From assembly GCA_036172245.1 (NCBI GenBank), contig JAYWIR010000024.1:1736001-1800000 (forward strand): a stretch of 64,000 bases of DNA, in the 5' to 3' direction. This document shows positions 1-12,849 of this stretch, in pieces. Made by a program: the position numbers and the translations under genes. The stretch is from Raillietiella orientalis (Eukaryota). How positions within the stretch are numbered: position 1 is the stretch's first letter; the number at the start of each line of letters is the position of its first letter. The notes beneath the pieces are model-generated. The model was not told the origin of the DNA, did no database searches, and saw only the letters and a program-made list of their open reading frames with translations.

Positions 1-480
1 CCCCTCGTTCCGGGGTCGACCCCTCCTTCTCACTCTCTCCGCCGCAGGCCTCCCCCCGCGTGCCAACGAAGGAGCCGTTCGAAGCGGGTCTGCGCGTGTG
101 GAAATGGGCAGAGACTGTTCGTCATGGCGATCGTGCTCCATGTTGCGCGCCAGCCGTTTGTTCCAGGTTCCTGGGGGCACTCGGGGGCCTTTGTTTATCG
201 AAAATGAGCAGCCGAACCTGGATGCCGCCCACCTTCCAGAGGTCCGACATGCCCTCGCAAAAGGACTTCCCAAAGAGCTCGCCACCTGCTCTCCGAGGAA
301 CGGTTCCATCTTCCGCATGTGGACGCGACCTTCTGCTACAGTCGTTTCGGGGTGCTTTCGCATCTGCGCTGGACGACGTCCAACACCAGCGAACGCATCA
401 GTTGATCTGCGTTCCCTGCTTACAGAGAACACCGTTCTTGGGATCCCGCGTTGGTCAGCGACCTTGCTATAACGAGAGGG
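1..480 (+). mobile_element. Degenerate ORF1 (gag-like) remnant of an L1/Tx1-type LINE
   Basis: Frame-shifted peptides LTLSAAGLPPRANEGAVR, GCFRIC and ICVPC resemble the RRM/zinc-knuckle layout of the ORF1 at 48954-49975; similarity is weak. Confidence 0.3.
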
Positions 481-1199
481 AATTCGAGTTCTTGGCTACA
501 GGAGACGGGGAGTGGTTAACCTCTTACCTCTTTCCTGCCTTCCCCCCTTTCTTTTCTTTTCCCTTGTTTCCTGGCTCCTCCTCCTCATCTGGTCTTCAAC
601 GCTTGCGAGTCGACGATTCCCGTTCTCGTCCAGAACGCAACTTTGGTATTAACCCAAAGGCCGAGAAGCCGTTATTCCAGAACTCCAAGGCTTGCATACG
701 AATCCTTCGTTTCCTGCTTCCTGTTTGTTGCTCTTCCTGCATGCTGCTTGTTGTTGTCCTTCCCGTGGGCTGATTGTTCTTCCTGCTTCCTGTTTGTTGC
801 TTCTACCGTTCTCTGTTCCTCTGTTTATTCTGGTTTATGAATGAATGACCGGAAATGACCGGCAGGCAATTCGGGATGCACGGAAAACCTCCAATCTCTT
901 TAGGGGCCCAACCCCAAGTAAACAGTGGAGGAACTGAGGAAGAATGTCCAGAGCCCCCCTATAACCAGTTATGTAACTGCCATATAAGCAATTAACTCGT
1001 TTGTATTTTCAAAGTAGGAAACACTTGGTGTTTTTTTACTTGAAACCGAAGCGTCATTTCCGTGGGCCTTTTCAGAGAATCCTTCATCCTAGGAAGGAAG
1101 GTTTGCCCTTTGAGGGAAATTCACGGCAGTTCGGGGGCGCATGAGGAACCTTAGTCGTGTACCCACACGGAGTCGCCTGTCCGTTCCATCCGTCTAGAT

Positions 1200-1910
1200 G
1201 CTCCATCCGTCTTGGAGGAACTGACGGCGAATGCTCTCCGGACGAAAAGCTTCCTCATGGCCATGACAGCCCAGCTGGAAGTTACTGCTGTGGACAGCCT
1301 GCTGCTTCTGTAGTGGCGTCTGAGAGGAAGAGTTCGCCGACGGGGCGCGTGGGCAAAGTGCTTGGTGCTATACGAGGTGCTAGAGGGCACGCGTTCCCTC
1401 AAGACACCCGCTGTCCCCTTCCTTTCCCTGGTCCTGACTGGGTGTCGGGAGCTTCGGTGTTGGACTCAGAGGGCGACTGTGAGCCCGGAAGCTGCAGCTT
1501 GCGGAACGATGCCTCTCCTCGGAAGGCGGCGATGTGGAGGCAGAGGAGCAGAACCCCTGAACAGGGGGTCTCTCCAGAAGTTACGCAGCTCCTTCACCCG
1601 TGCCTTCCGTTTCCGGTCGCCAAGGATACGCTGACGGGGCGCGAAACTCCCTGAGCATCCAGGCTCATCGAGCCACGGCGATACGACGGCAGTGCAGACC
1701 GCATGGATGGCATCGCTGCAAGGCACTTTCCATGCTGTTCCACGCGTTTGCACCTGGCGATGGGAACCGCCCAAGTCAGAGAAGACAATCGGAGCGCAAG
1801 GGACGCCGCTCCAGGACGGTTCCGCCTTTCCTACCCGTCCGGTGGTGGAAAGGGTTCTTCTTTCCCAGCCACGTCACCCGAGCACGACTATCTCCGGATC
1901 CTGGGCAAGC
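1200..1910 (+). mobile_element. L1/Tx1-type ORF2 C-terminal remnant
   Basis: Broken frames resemble the ORF2 C-termini at 56587-57022; it abuts a minus-strand 3' terminus at ~1918. Confidence 0.45.
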
Positions 1911-1914
1911 AAGT

Positions 1915-2930
1915 TTGCACCCGGTCACGCCTGGACATTCATTTAAAAACAAACCACAAACAAGGGGAACGGTGTTCCCTAAATACAGAATGTTCTAGGA
2001 AAAAAAAAAAAAGTTCGCTGGGGATGACCACCGGCAGCCAGGTCGGCTTCAGAATAAGTAGGGAACGAAGGGAAGGGATAATAAATAAAAAAAAAAGACG
2101 GAAGGATAAAGACTGGTTTTAATCTTTCCTTTCTTCCAAAAAAGCGAATGCGAATAGAGACGGTCTCCTTGGCGACTTCTGGGAGGTGAGTCCAACTTGC
2201 AGCCGTCCTCATCAGGGCGGCTGCTGTGCTGCTAGCGTTCCTTCACTTCAAACGAGACTCCTTCACAACGCGAACTGCCACCATGGCGCGGAGGCGGTCA
2301 CAGCGCCCCCCGTCAGATCGACTTCAGTGAAGAAGCTCAGCATCAAGTCCGAGGCGGTGACCTGCGGATGACGGACCGCCGAGGCTGGTCTCCGTCGCAT
2401 GCCCTCCAGCGCACTGCAGTCCAGGAGGTGCGGGAACGATTTCGTCTCCTCTTACCTGGAGCAGTTCGGGGAGACAACACCCCGGGGAACCAGGTGCCTG
2501 AGCCGGTTGAGCCGGAATCCCCAGCACAGAAACAGCAGAACGTCCCGTTTCCAACGGAGCAGGAACATGAAAGTGTCCGCACGCAGCGAACGAGTTCTTC
2601 GGGGACCACACTGAAAAGGTCGCTCCACCGAAGAAGTCCCTTCGCCCGGGAACGAGGAGCGGAGCCGTCCACCGGTCCACGCGTCTTGCAGCCGTCCAGG
2701 AGTTTCTCGGCTCCTGCAACTCTGCAGGAGAACTCCTGCTCCGACGGCTGGCTGCCGTCATCGCTTGCCCTGAGGGCAGGCAGTGCTGCAGCAAGGGACG
2801 AGGAGGCCATCCGGGAACGCTGCGTCCAATCCCTGCAGGAGATCTCCCAGCGGTTCGCATCGGAGTTCCCAGCGGTTCGACTCGCGGACGCAGTTCCTCT
2901 GGGCGCGCTTCCGGAGTGGCAACCCAGGAA
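1915..2930 (-). mobile_element. 5'-truncated LINE 3' fragment (subfamily B)
   Basis: Minus-strand peptides LAAALPALRASDD..GLLRWSDLFSVVPEEL, GVVSPNC..FPHLLDC (zf-RVT remnant) and MRTAASWTHLPEVAKE; degenerate terminal motif at 1918-1945. Confidence 0.7.
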
Positions 2931-3390
2931 TTCATTGCCTCCTGACGCCAGGTGTTTCAGTTTTAAGGGAGGCAGGGGATTCAAGACAGGGATTCCTGCA
3001 ATGAAGACAGTTGCTTTAGGAGAAAGCCGAATCCCGACGTCCTGTGTCGGCAGCGCGGTAGCAGCCAAAGAAGTCCTGCTCTTCCAGCGCATCGCCGGAG
3101 GATGCGGCATCCCGGGGCACACCGGTGACAAGTCCACGATTGGGCACAAAGGGTCGAAAGTCGGAGCTGCACCTGAAGTCCGATCTCGTGGGTGGTCAGG
3201 ATGCCGTCATGAGCACCAACCAATTCTTTCAAACGGTCCCGGGAACTCGCAGCACCCCACAGAAAGCGCTGCACCCGGATCTCCATCGAATAGGGGGGGA
3301 GGGAGCAAGCCAAAAAACAAGGGGCGGAGGAAGGGGGACAACAAAAATGTCTCAGATGGAGACCCGCTCCGGCAAGACGAACTTGCCGTT
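2930..3390 (+). mobile_element. ORF1 remnant with decayed zinc knuckle
   Basis: GFKTGIPAMKTVALGESRIP...GGCGIPGHTGDK, followed by a basic low-complexity tail. Confidence 0.35.
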
Positions 3391-3599
3391 TAGGAACGGG
3401 TTGATGGAAGGGAAGGTGACCGTGGCGGGGACGTCACGCGTCCCCCGAAAGGCGAAAGAACGGAGGGCAAGCGCCGAAGGTTGACTGCACTCGATCTCCG
3501 CAGGAGTGGCTCGCGGCAGTAGGAGAAGGTGCGTCTCAGCTTCCCTGAGATTCCGGGATCCCGCGAAGTACCGAGAGAAGATTCAAGCAACAGATTCCA

Positions 3600-5480
3600 G
3601 TGGCTTCTGTCATCGGTTGCCATGAGGGCAGGCAGTGCTGCGGCAAGGAGTACGATGGCTATCCGGGACCACTGAGAAAGCAGGCTGCTCTCTCCCTCGT
3701 ATTGCGACTTCCTGGAGAGTGTCCTTCATGGCACCGGATGCGAACTCCTGCGGCGTCTTGAAGCAAGACGAAGCAGTATTCGGACTTCTCGATGTCTTAC
3801 CCCCTTCCTCATCCTGATGGTGAGGAACACAAAATGTTGCGCGCGCCGAGCTACGTCACGGGGTGCCATGCCAAGATAACGAAGTGTTATTTTTCCTCTC
3901 GGCACACATCGCCTCGTCCGCCACCTCATCTGGCCACCGGAAACAAGCCTGAGCTTTCTGGGAGCTGGTGTCGGCGTTCGATTTCTGGGGACTGGCCAGT
4001 AATAATAGGATCTCATCCTTTCCCGGGTTTTGTGGTCCTTGAAGATCGAACCATCGCGAGTAGGTGGAGGCAGCACGAGACAAATCCCGATGCTCAGTCT
4101 CCTCCGGCTGAGATGCCGGGACGATTGGCGCGGAGGCGATCCCTACCGCCATTGGAATTGATTTTTGGAATTCAATGCACTCGTAGGCGCGCGACCCTCT
4201 TGAGGAGATCCAAGGAGGTGGCTGCGATGCCTCCTTCCACATCGCACCCCCGCTGAATTTCTTCTCTTTTTGTTCACCTCGATTTGCTAAACATGGTGGT
4301 CAAGGCATGTCCATGGTGTGGGTGGCGATTCTCCAAAGACTTTTCATCAGTCTTCTGTTGGTTGGCAACGAAAGATCGATAAGAAACTCTTTACGGGGAG
4401 CCCGAATCCTTGTGGGAACCAGGAGCTCTTTTGCTGCATGGGAGCTACAAACAGGCGGAGGACTGTCTCTCCAGAATCTGCGCAGCCTGTTTGTACAGCC
4501 AGCTCAACTTCTCTGCAGAGACGAGATTATGCCATCCACCCTGCGCTTCCAATATTTCGCCTCTAGGATGCCTTACTCATGCGCAGGTAAGCAGACCACA
4601 TCCTGTCTCGTGCAGCTCGCCTGTGTCTTCGGGGATCTCCAGCATCCCCTGCCTTCTTCGGCGTCCCATCATCCGGACCGGTCTGCAGTCCGCAAGGGGT
4701 TGCTTCTTCAGAGCAGCGACGGTTTGTCGGATGCTGCCGGTGAATGCTGAGAGAGTGCTGGGTGCTGAGAGATGCACCATCTCCTTCCTTCCTTACTTAA
4801 CCTGCTGTCCCCGTCCGCTTTCCCCCGGTCTCCTTTGCTCCGCCCAAAGCCGTCTTCGAAGGGACGTCCGGTGTGACGGCTTCCTCCTGGGTGACGGCGC
4901 CTCAGCGCCACAGTCACCCGCGTCAGGAAGAGGAACTCCCCGCAAGAAATCGCCACTGCGCAGGTCCGAAGATGCGATACCGGTGCCTTCGCCGTGAAGT
5001 GAACTCCAGCAGCGAACAAGTGGGTTGAAACGTCCCAGCCATTCGAGTCGCTCTTCCCCCTTCCCCTTCCCCAGGGCTTTGACTGAGCGCCGCTGCGGCA
5101 TTTTCGAATCGACATGCAGTGCGAAAATCCGACCGCCTTTTTCAATATGAGGTCAGACCGCAGAGTGTCCACGCCTTGCCACCAGGTCTGCAGCCCTCCA
5201 CTAGTCCTCCAATAGCAGCCTTTGTGGAACGTCGTGCCAAAGGGTCGCGGCCCGGTGCATGCAATGATTCAAGGTCACCTGGACATGTCTCGTCCCTCAC
5301 GTCCTGCGGCGCCAACGGGACCAGTCTCCTCTCTAGCCACGACTGGCGTCCAGGAACGGAGTTGCTACCTGCAGAGGTGAGGGCTTCGTCGGACGAGGTC
5401 GTGTCTCCCTTCTCAGCACCAGAGAAACTTTCGCCTCGAGGTCTGTCTCCGGTTCAAGGTTGGCGGACCTGACTGTGCCG
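3600..5480 (-). mobile_element. Heavily decayed LINE ORF2 (APE to RT to C-terminal region)
   Basis: Collinear remnants on the minus strand: LRSDLIL, WDV, AFTGSIRQTVAALKK, EKSL (KAFD-like), FQKSIPMAVG, LAAALPAL (3620-3650 repeats 2772-2800). Confidence 0.5.
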
Positions 5481-5499
5481 GCCTGCGCTCGCTCACCCG

Positions 5500-6470
5500 G
5501 TGCCTACAGAACCGCTCCCGCAATGTGCCGGACGGCGATGGAGGACCTCGCCATCCTTCGCGTTAGTCCCCTGAGAGTTTCTGGCTTTCTTGCAAGGCGA
5601 GGTTTTTCTTGGGATACAAGCTTCCCGGGAGGCCGACAGAAATCTCTCGAACTGGTGCTCGACTCGAGGAAGGCAGGCAGAAGACATCTTTCCCTCAGGC
5701 TCGCGCTGCATGAAGCCAACCAACGACAGGGAGATCCTCCGCCGTGTTTGCAGAATGGCTGTCCTCTCCATTTCCATCCAGAGGTCGGGAGACCTGGGGC
5801 CATGCAGTCATGACATCGAGTTTGAAGGTAAGACCATCAGGAAACCTGGAAACGATGCAAGTGCGAGAGGTCAGAATGTGAGATGACCAACAGCAGGAGA
5901 GCATCCGCAGCTCACCACTGCAAAGGGTCCGATGAATGCCTATCTAAAAGAGATAGGAAAGACTATCCAGAAAGTGTTGCCACGGAACGCAACCCTCCCT
6001 CAGAAGTGGGGTGCACAGGGGCGTCTGTATGTTCATCTCGGGGGCGCTCGACCAGAAGATTTCTCCGAGCAGCATAAACAAAGTTCTCTACGGGAGGAGG
6101 AAGATAGGTGTTCTGCTGCATCAAAGGCAGGAAGAAACTTCTGGGGGTGTGGGCAACTCGGAAAGTGATGGACAATGCGACCCCGAGTGCCCCGCCCTAG
6201 CATAGAAGTCCACGGACTTCTATGCTAGGGAGAGCTGTTCGCGATCCTTCCGGAGAACATGAAGTGGCCTCCAGCGTGCTGGAACAGTGGCTCCTTTCCC
6301 CTCGAGTGGCAGGAGTTGGCGTTGCTGGTGGTGCATGGGGAAATCCCGTGCAAAGAGCGCCTTCACCACCGGGCACGAGGGAGCGGGAACTCTCACTGCG
6401 GCAGGTGCGGGAAGAAAGAGACAATCGTAGTCTCTGTGGTTGGACCGGGAGTCCAGCAACGTGCGATTTA
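5500..6470 (+). mobile_element. Mosaic of LINE scraps: ORF2 3' end (5500-5830), ORF1 knuckle region (5830-6200), zf-RVT region (6240-6470)
   Basis: Peptides KPTNDREILRRVCRM, NFWGCGQLGK and FPLEWQELALLVVHGEIPC..CGRCGKKET. Confidence 0.5.
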
Positions 6471-7075
6471 ACGGGAGCCTGCCGGGTTACCGGTACGCAA
6501 ACCGGTGAGGTCCGTCATGGCAGCAGAGGGATGGGGGGAGGAAGCAAAAAGAAAAAGAAACAGAGATTAAAATAAGTAAATAAATTTGGGGGAAGGGGGG
6601 AAGGAAGGGATCACTGTCTGCTGGGGGGAGGTCCTCTGCATCCTTTCGAGATTGCTGGCAAGCTCTTGTTGTATGCTATCCTTCAAGTGGGGCCATCTCG
6701 TTGCAATCTTCATGAATCGCATGGCGGAGTGAATGTGGCATCCCTGTAGCTCCGCCCTTCCCTTGCATCCGCAGCGATGATTCCATGTGAGCAGCAGAGA
6801 GCTGCTAGCGAGGCTGCTGGCTGAAGGGAGTCGCGAAGGAGGAGGGGTCCTGAAGCGTCCCTGGAGTTGCCTCCGGGGAATCCCAGGTCGCGACAAAGCG
6901 TTCCCGGAGGAGCCGGCAACAACGCAATCCACAAGCAGGCGCGGGAGGGATTCACGCTTCCTGCCTCTGGCACAGCTTGGCTCCACACACCTCCTTGTCC
7001 AGTGATATCAGCAGGTGTTGCACGGGAGACCCCAATGCAGCAGTAGCAGCGCTGACTCCTGTCACTTTAAGGGGA
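6470..7075 (-). mobile_element. 5'-truncated LINE 3' fragment (subfamily A)
   Basis: QESALLLLHWG, CARGRKRESLPRLLVDC, MRFMKIATRWPHLKDSIQQEL, then the GTGATCCCT-led pyrimidine-rich 3' UTR shared with 56362-56500. Confidence 0.75.
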
Positions 7076-7079
7076 GGGT

Positions 7080-8960
7080 GTAGGTGTGTCCAAGAGCACC
7101 GAGGGCTTGGAAGGACATAGCTCCCGGACCGCGGATTCGTTCGCGCGGAAGACGGCTCGACTTGATGCGCGCGCCGACAGCGCCCCCAGGGATGACGGAT
7201 CCGGTCCACGTGCAGGAGGCGCGTGGTGGGGCGGGAGAAGTTCCTCGACTTGGCACGGAAGAACGACTATTGGGAGGCGCGAGGAACCTTCAGCTTTGGA
7301 TCGAGTGCCGATCCGAAGGAAAGTGGGTGCTTCTGAGGAAAGTACTTGGTGCAGCATGAAGATGGAGATGTGATCGCCGCGTCCGCCTCCTGCTACCATG
7401 GATCCTCTGCCGGGGGCACTACAAAAGGTGAGACGAAGTCTCGATCAGGAGAATAGCGCCCCCGGAAGATAGGTGAACTCGCAAACTTTTTCCCGGTGAC
7501 AGAAGGGAGAACCTGTCTGGAAGAGTGGGAGGAGCGACCAGGAATCCGGAACTCGCCAAGAGGAAAGGGGAAGTGGAACGGGCCCCATAGGCTGCTCTCC
7601 TGATCAGACAGAACGACTCCAAGCAACATGCACAAACAGCGGTCAAGGAAGGAGAGGGAAGCGCTTCCAGGTGCGACAGCGGCGCCGGCGACCACAGGCG
7701 AGGACACCGCTGGCAACGAAGAGCCTATCTGACTGAACCGAAGGGAACGTGGAAAGCGAGCCTTCGACCGAGTCTTCACCCAGGGATTCGCCAGACCGCG
7801 CAGAGAGATTGTGACCTGGGGAAAACATCGCTAAAAAAAAAAAAAACTGAAACCAGAACGACTATCGCTGGAAGTCCATGCAAACCTCCAGGGATGGAAA
7901 ATAGAACCGAAGATGGAGTCTGCGACTGAATAATCGGAATTGAAGGGATGGGAATGCGGCTAAGTGACCCTCAACAATTGCAATGATGAAAGAAAGAGGG
8001 AGAGCAGGCACAGAGGAGTGACTTTCCACGTTGTCGACAAACGGGAGGCGGCGTCCGTCGTCGGAGCGACCCTCTCACGACAACCCCATACCCGCATTGG
8101 TGGCCGCGTAGCTGCGGTCTCCGCTAGCGGCACAGAGCTCTGCGTGTTCGGATCCTCACGTGGAGAATTAATACCGAGAAATGAAGGGTGCGACGTGGCT
8201 TTCGAGTCCCCCCCCCCCCCCAAAAGATGACTCCAGGTGGCCTGTGGGCTTAGGAGACCGGAAACCCCTGGATGCCCACTTTGACTGGTCAGGACTGGAA
8301 GTCGACTCTTCGGGGTTTTTCCAGGAATCAAGTAGTCCTTTAGGGTTCACTTCGGTTGTGAAAATAGAGCCATTTCCCTCCCCCTTGGGGGGACCTTTAT
8401 CGCGTACCATGAAACTGGTTGATACCCTCCTCGAGGGGGTGGCTTCTCCAGAGTGTAAGAAGCACTCTACTGCCTTCAAAGGAAGAAGCAACGAGCGGTT
8501 CTCTTGCGATCTCCTTCCTAAGAATAAGTGACCCCTCCGTGGGTTCCTCCAAAGAGAATAAGGAAGAGAGTTCCCTTCGGGGTTCCTAGGTTTGCAGTGC
8601 CGGGCAAAAGAAGAGGGAAAGATTCAGAAAAAAATGATGACGAGATGTGAGCATTCAAGTGGCTCTGGTGGTTCCTCGCGATGGTTCTCTTGGCCATCCA
8701 GAGCCCTCGTCTTTTTCCTGTGCCGGAAGCATGTGCGATTCTCCAATCGTTTCCCAGGGAAGGATTTCCCCGGGTCGTCTGCCTCCGGGAACATCTAGGA
8801 GCAGCAGCAGCTCACGGCAACACGACCACTATCTACTCGGTCCCATCCCCAATCGTCCACTGTCTGCTCGAAGCACCCACGTGGAAGAGGACGCGGACCT
8901 CAACTGGAGAGACAAACATGCAAGTGATGTCACTCCTCTTTCCGCGTGAGAGCAACGGGT
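7080..8960 (+). mobile_element. Possible decayed ORF1 + APE N-terminus, interrupted by a SINE
   Basis: TLNNCNDERKRE at 7964 resembles an APE start; QHDHYLL..DLNW after the SINE; similarity is weak. Confidence 0.3.
8090..8590 (+). mobile_element. tRNA-derived SINE-like repeat, copy 1
   Basis: A-box-like TAGCTGCGGT (~8109) and B-box-like GTTCGGATCC (~8146), then a ~400 bp body shared with 10960-11430, 22490-23050 and 59310-59673. Confidence 0.7.
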
Positions 8961-8962
8961 AT

Positions 8963-10480
8963 TTTCATCCGGACACGCCGGGGCGTTTATTGTAAAAAAA
9001 AATTCGGTATAGAGAGATGATGTTAGGACGATACACCCACAGGACACGCGAAGTATTGATATACCACAATGACTTTACGTGGTCCAGGGTAACGAAGCAG
9101 AACCTCCGGAAAATCATAAAAGATCAAGTTCAAGACACCAGTGCCCTCCAAGAAGCAGCCGATCGTTACGGGAGTGACAGGATCAACCTGTTAGCGATCG
9201 GCACGACGCTCTGGAAGAGGGATCTACCGCCGGACACCCAGGATAACCTCCTGATGTTCTATCATGGAGGAATCCTGACTGGGTCCAGATTAAAGTATTT
9301 CACAAGAAAACGGGACGAAGAAGACTGCAAGGCATGTGGAGACACCGACACAAGACTACACATCTTGACGTGTCTCACATTGCTACGAGACTGGCTAATC
9401 CTGAAACGGATTATAGGAATGACCACCAGTTCCGTAATGGAAATTCTTGCCGGGATGTTTCAGGGAACTGAAAATGTTCCCTCCTACAATCCTATGGTAA
9501 GAACAACCATCGCTCTCTTGATCACCGCCATACTCGTGCGGTGGTAGAAGATGAGGCAAGCCAGAAGAGCCGCAACCCCGATGGAGATTCTGCAAGGACT
9601 CATCCAGAAGGAGATCGGTATCAGGAATTGTGGACGAGTGCCCGCCTGGACGTACCGATACATCCTGAAGAGGACGACGCCCGGGAAACAACAACGAGGA
9701 CCCCACCCTGAGTGCAGAACTTGTGACAGCCCCAAAGGAGTTCAAAGTGATAATACTGTGATAAAATAGTGTGAATGGAAATTGTAGTATGAATGTTTTA
9801 ATAAGAAAATAAATTTACCCCACCCCTTATGGGATCTGGGGAAAACTGTAAAAAAAAATTACAAAAAAAACGGTCACATAAAATATAAAAAGATGTCTTC
9901 CTTCGTGGTGGTTTCACAGCAGCAGCATCGCGCAGAGAGATGCCTCAGAGACGTTGCTTCTCGTGAACAGCAGACCCCTTGATGAGGACGAGAGAAGTGG
10001 GGAAGAGGTAAAACAAAAACAAAAGTCCAGTCAAAAAAATGTTGAGGGCGGAAGGGAGGGAAGGGATCACAGATTTCTTCCTGGTGTCCTCAGCATCTTC
10101 TGGAGGATGTTGACAACTTCCTCCTTCTGCTGACAGGGACGTGGCCGTCTTGTCGCCTTCCTCACGAAGGAGAAGACCATAATGACCCCAGGGGACGAAT
10201 CTCCTTGTCAGGGAAGAAGGAAGAGGTTGCCTCCACGAGTTGGCAGATGGGGCAAACGATGGGGCAAAGCCAGACTAGAAGTGTCGCCCGGGAGATCCAA
10301 GGCAGGGAGCGTAAATGAAGCTGGAAGAAAACCACTTCTTTCTCGCGCCGTCATGCGCTTCCGGTCGTCAGACTGGGGTGGTGATCAGCGTGTGTAAGTA
10401 GCGGAGGTCACCTTCATGAGTTGATCTTCAGAGCTGGAAAGGAAATCAGCGTCCCTCTCTCCCTGGCGAGCCACAAGAAG
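8963..10480 (-). mobile_element. LINE 3' end; host of the 9005-9846 insertion
   Basis: Reverse complement of AATAAACGCCCCGGCGTGTCCGGATG at 8966-8991; 3' UTR and GTGATCCCT motif resume at 9861-10070. Confidence 0.65.
9005..9846 (+). mobile_element. 5'-truncated L1/Tx1-type element of a distinct family (C), zf-RVT C-terminus
   Basis: ORF 9017-9769 with one in-frame stop and CKACGDTDTRLHILTC zinc finger; AATAAA at 9808; exact 14-bp TSD TGTAAAAAAAAATT at 8991-9004 and 9847-9860. Confidence 0.85.
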
Positions 10481-10959
10481 AGAAGGGAGAAAGGCACAGT
10501 CACCTGCAGTGGTGGACGCCACTGCGGGCGACCTGCGATCGTGGCAGGGCAGGGAGTGTCCCCGTCCCGAGGGACTGGGGTCTCGTGAAGATGCCGCTTC
10601 TGGCTACCCGGAAAGTTCACCCTCCGCTCCGTCCCTTCAGCCACAACGCTGCTGCATCCTTATCCTGATTCTCATTCTCATCCCCACCTCCTGCATCTTC
10701 GTCCTTCCTTTCCCTCCTCCCATTCTCATCGGCATTATGATGCCCATCATCATCCCTCGACCGTGTCTCAGATGGAGGGGGTCAAACGGAGGAGTTCACC
10801 CCTGGGGAGAGTCCACAGAAGAGGTAGAGCAAAAGAACTCATCCGGCGGATCTCGAAATCGTGCTCCAAGATCAGAAACTGTTCGCCTTAAGGGGGCTCT
10901 CGAAGCCCTTTAACACTGCCCACGCTACCCAGAGGTGCGTGTCAACTTTTCAAGTTAGG

Positions 10960-11550
10960 GAGTGCCCGGAGAAATTCAAGAAGGGCTCCGCAGGAAGGAT
11001 TCCATTCCTCTTGCGATTGGGAGGGAACCCCGAAGGGAAACCTCTTCCTTACGCTCTCCAGAGGGGTGCCCCAGAGGGGGTCACTTCTCGTTTCTTCTCC
11101 GAAGGGAACCTGAAAAGGGTCCGCTCCTGGTTTCCTTCTCTGCAGAGACCCTGGAGGATGCTTCCCAATTTTCTCTGAAAGATCGCTCCCTGAAGGAAGC
11201 AGAGCGCTTTCTTGGCACTCTGGAGAGGCGACTCCCTTGGAGGGTATCAACCAGCTCCTTGGTGCTCGATGATACCTGAAGGCTCCATCTCCACAACCGG
11301 AAGGGGAGCCCTGAAGGAAACCGACCGGCTCCTTATTTCCTCGGAGGGGGTCCACTTCCAATTCCGGTCCGTCAGCGGGAGGCATCCGGCTTCCCCTACA
11401 TACCAACCAGCTCCATCCTGCGAAGGAAACTCGAAATCCACGACGCACCCCCCATTTCTTGGTGTCGATCCTTCCCGAGCGGGATTCGAATCCTCGATGC
11501 TCGGTGCTACGAGCGGAGACCACAGCTACGCGGCCGCCAGCGCGGATCCT
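10960..11550 (-). mobile_element. tRNA-derived SINE-like repeat, copy 2
   Basis: Minus strand reads GGCGGCCGCGTAGCTGTGGTC...GGATTCGAATCCCG, followed by the shared body. Confidence 0.75.
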
Positions 11551-12169
11551 AGGCTCGGGGTACGAGCCAGGCGGCCCCACCCGGCCCACTCAACCGAAGC
11601 GGGGAGACGCGCGTTCGCTTGCGGGAACACGCAGAACGCGGACGCGAACCCTTCGCTCGGACGGGGGACGGCTGCGCGAGCGAGAGGTGAAACGCGGAGC
11701 TGCCCCCTGCCGCCTCCAGGACCCGTCGACCTCTCCCGACCATCTGCCCGACAATCCTCTCCCATACAGGGATGGACCCGCTGCCCCGAGATGCGCCACT
11801 CACCTGCTGGCCGGAGGACAGAAAGTCATCGGAGCGCCTTGGGGCCTGGTCTTCTCCCGGTGCGGGTTGTGACCCTTGCATCGCACTGCCCCTTTTCTCA
11901 CTTTCGGACTTGTGCGAGGCTGGCGGCGTCCTCACTCCGTTCGCAGGCCCACCGGGCGAAGAGCAGGGAGAGGGGCACCCCGAGCAGGGGCAGAGGGAGG
12001 GGGTACCGCAAGGGCCGAGGACTTCCGAGGCTTTTCGGGCCGCAGGGCGTCGAGGCTTGCTGAAGGAGGCCGAGTTCCATTCCGCACGACCCCCAGTCGC
12101 GTTCGCTCTTGCTCCTAGGCCGGGAAGGAAGGGTTGCAGCCCGTGGGGATGACGGTCAGAGAGTTCGCT

Positions 12170-12800
12170 GAAATTCCCAAGGAAGAGTACGGCCCATCAG
12201 TGGCTCCATCCCCGTGGAGACGGGCTCATCCTCTTCATCAACCCCTACCCACAGACACACATCAGTTCGGGCACCGTGGGGAGTAGAAAGGCAGATGGCG
12301 ATGTGAGAGATGACCTTTGGAGCGAGCACCGGCGGCAGCAAAAATTTGCTCTTTGACCGGCCCGGCTCAAGAGTGAAGAAGGTTGCAAACGAAGGCAGAA
12401 TCCAGCCGACGGGAACTGGATCGATTCAAAAGGGGAAAAAGGGAGTGAGGCAACAGGATCGAAAAGGACTATTTCTCGAGGGTCTTAGTACATTCGAACG
12501 TTCCAGGATCGTCCCTCGACCCTGCCCGGGGTCCAGACCCGAGTCTCTCGTGTCCTGATCTGCGTCCCCACATCGCATCGGTCACAAGGAACGCTTGACT
12601 CCGTTTCCGTGTGGTTCGAGCGCTCTACAATGCCGCGAGGCACTCGCGGAAGATAGGCTCCCGAATCCATCCCCAAAATTCGTACGCATCCACCCTTCCG
12701 CAGTCTCCCATCGAGCCTGGGGAGCTCTCGATGCCAAATATCATGGCTACCTGCCTGGCGGCCGACCCGCGTTCGCTCGGCCAAAACGGGAGAGGCCACG
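12170..12800 (-). mobile_element. ORF1 remnant
   Basis: WHRELPRLDGRLRKGGCVRILGMDSGAYLP...VPCDRCDVG. Confidence 0.3.
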
Positions 12801-12849
12801 GAAAGAGGCTGGGGAAGACCCGCTCCCTTGTGCCCTCCTCGCGTCATTC

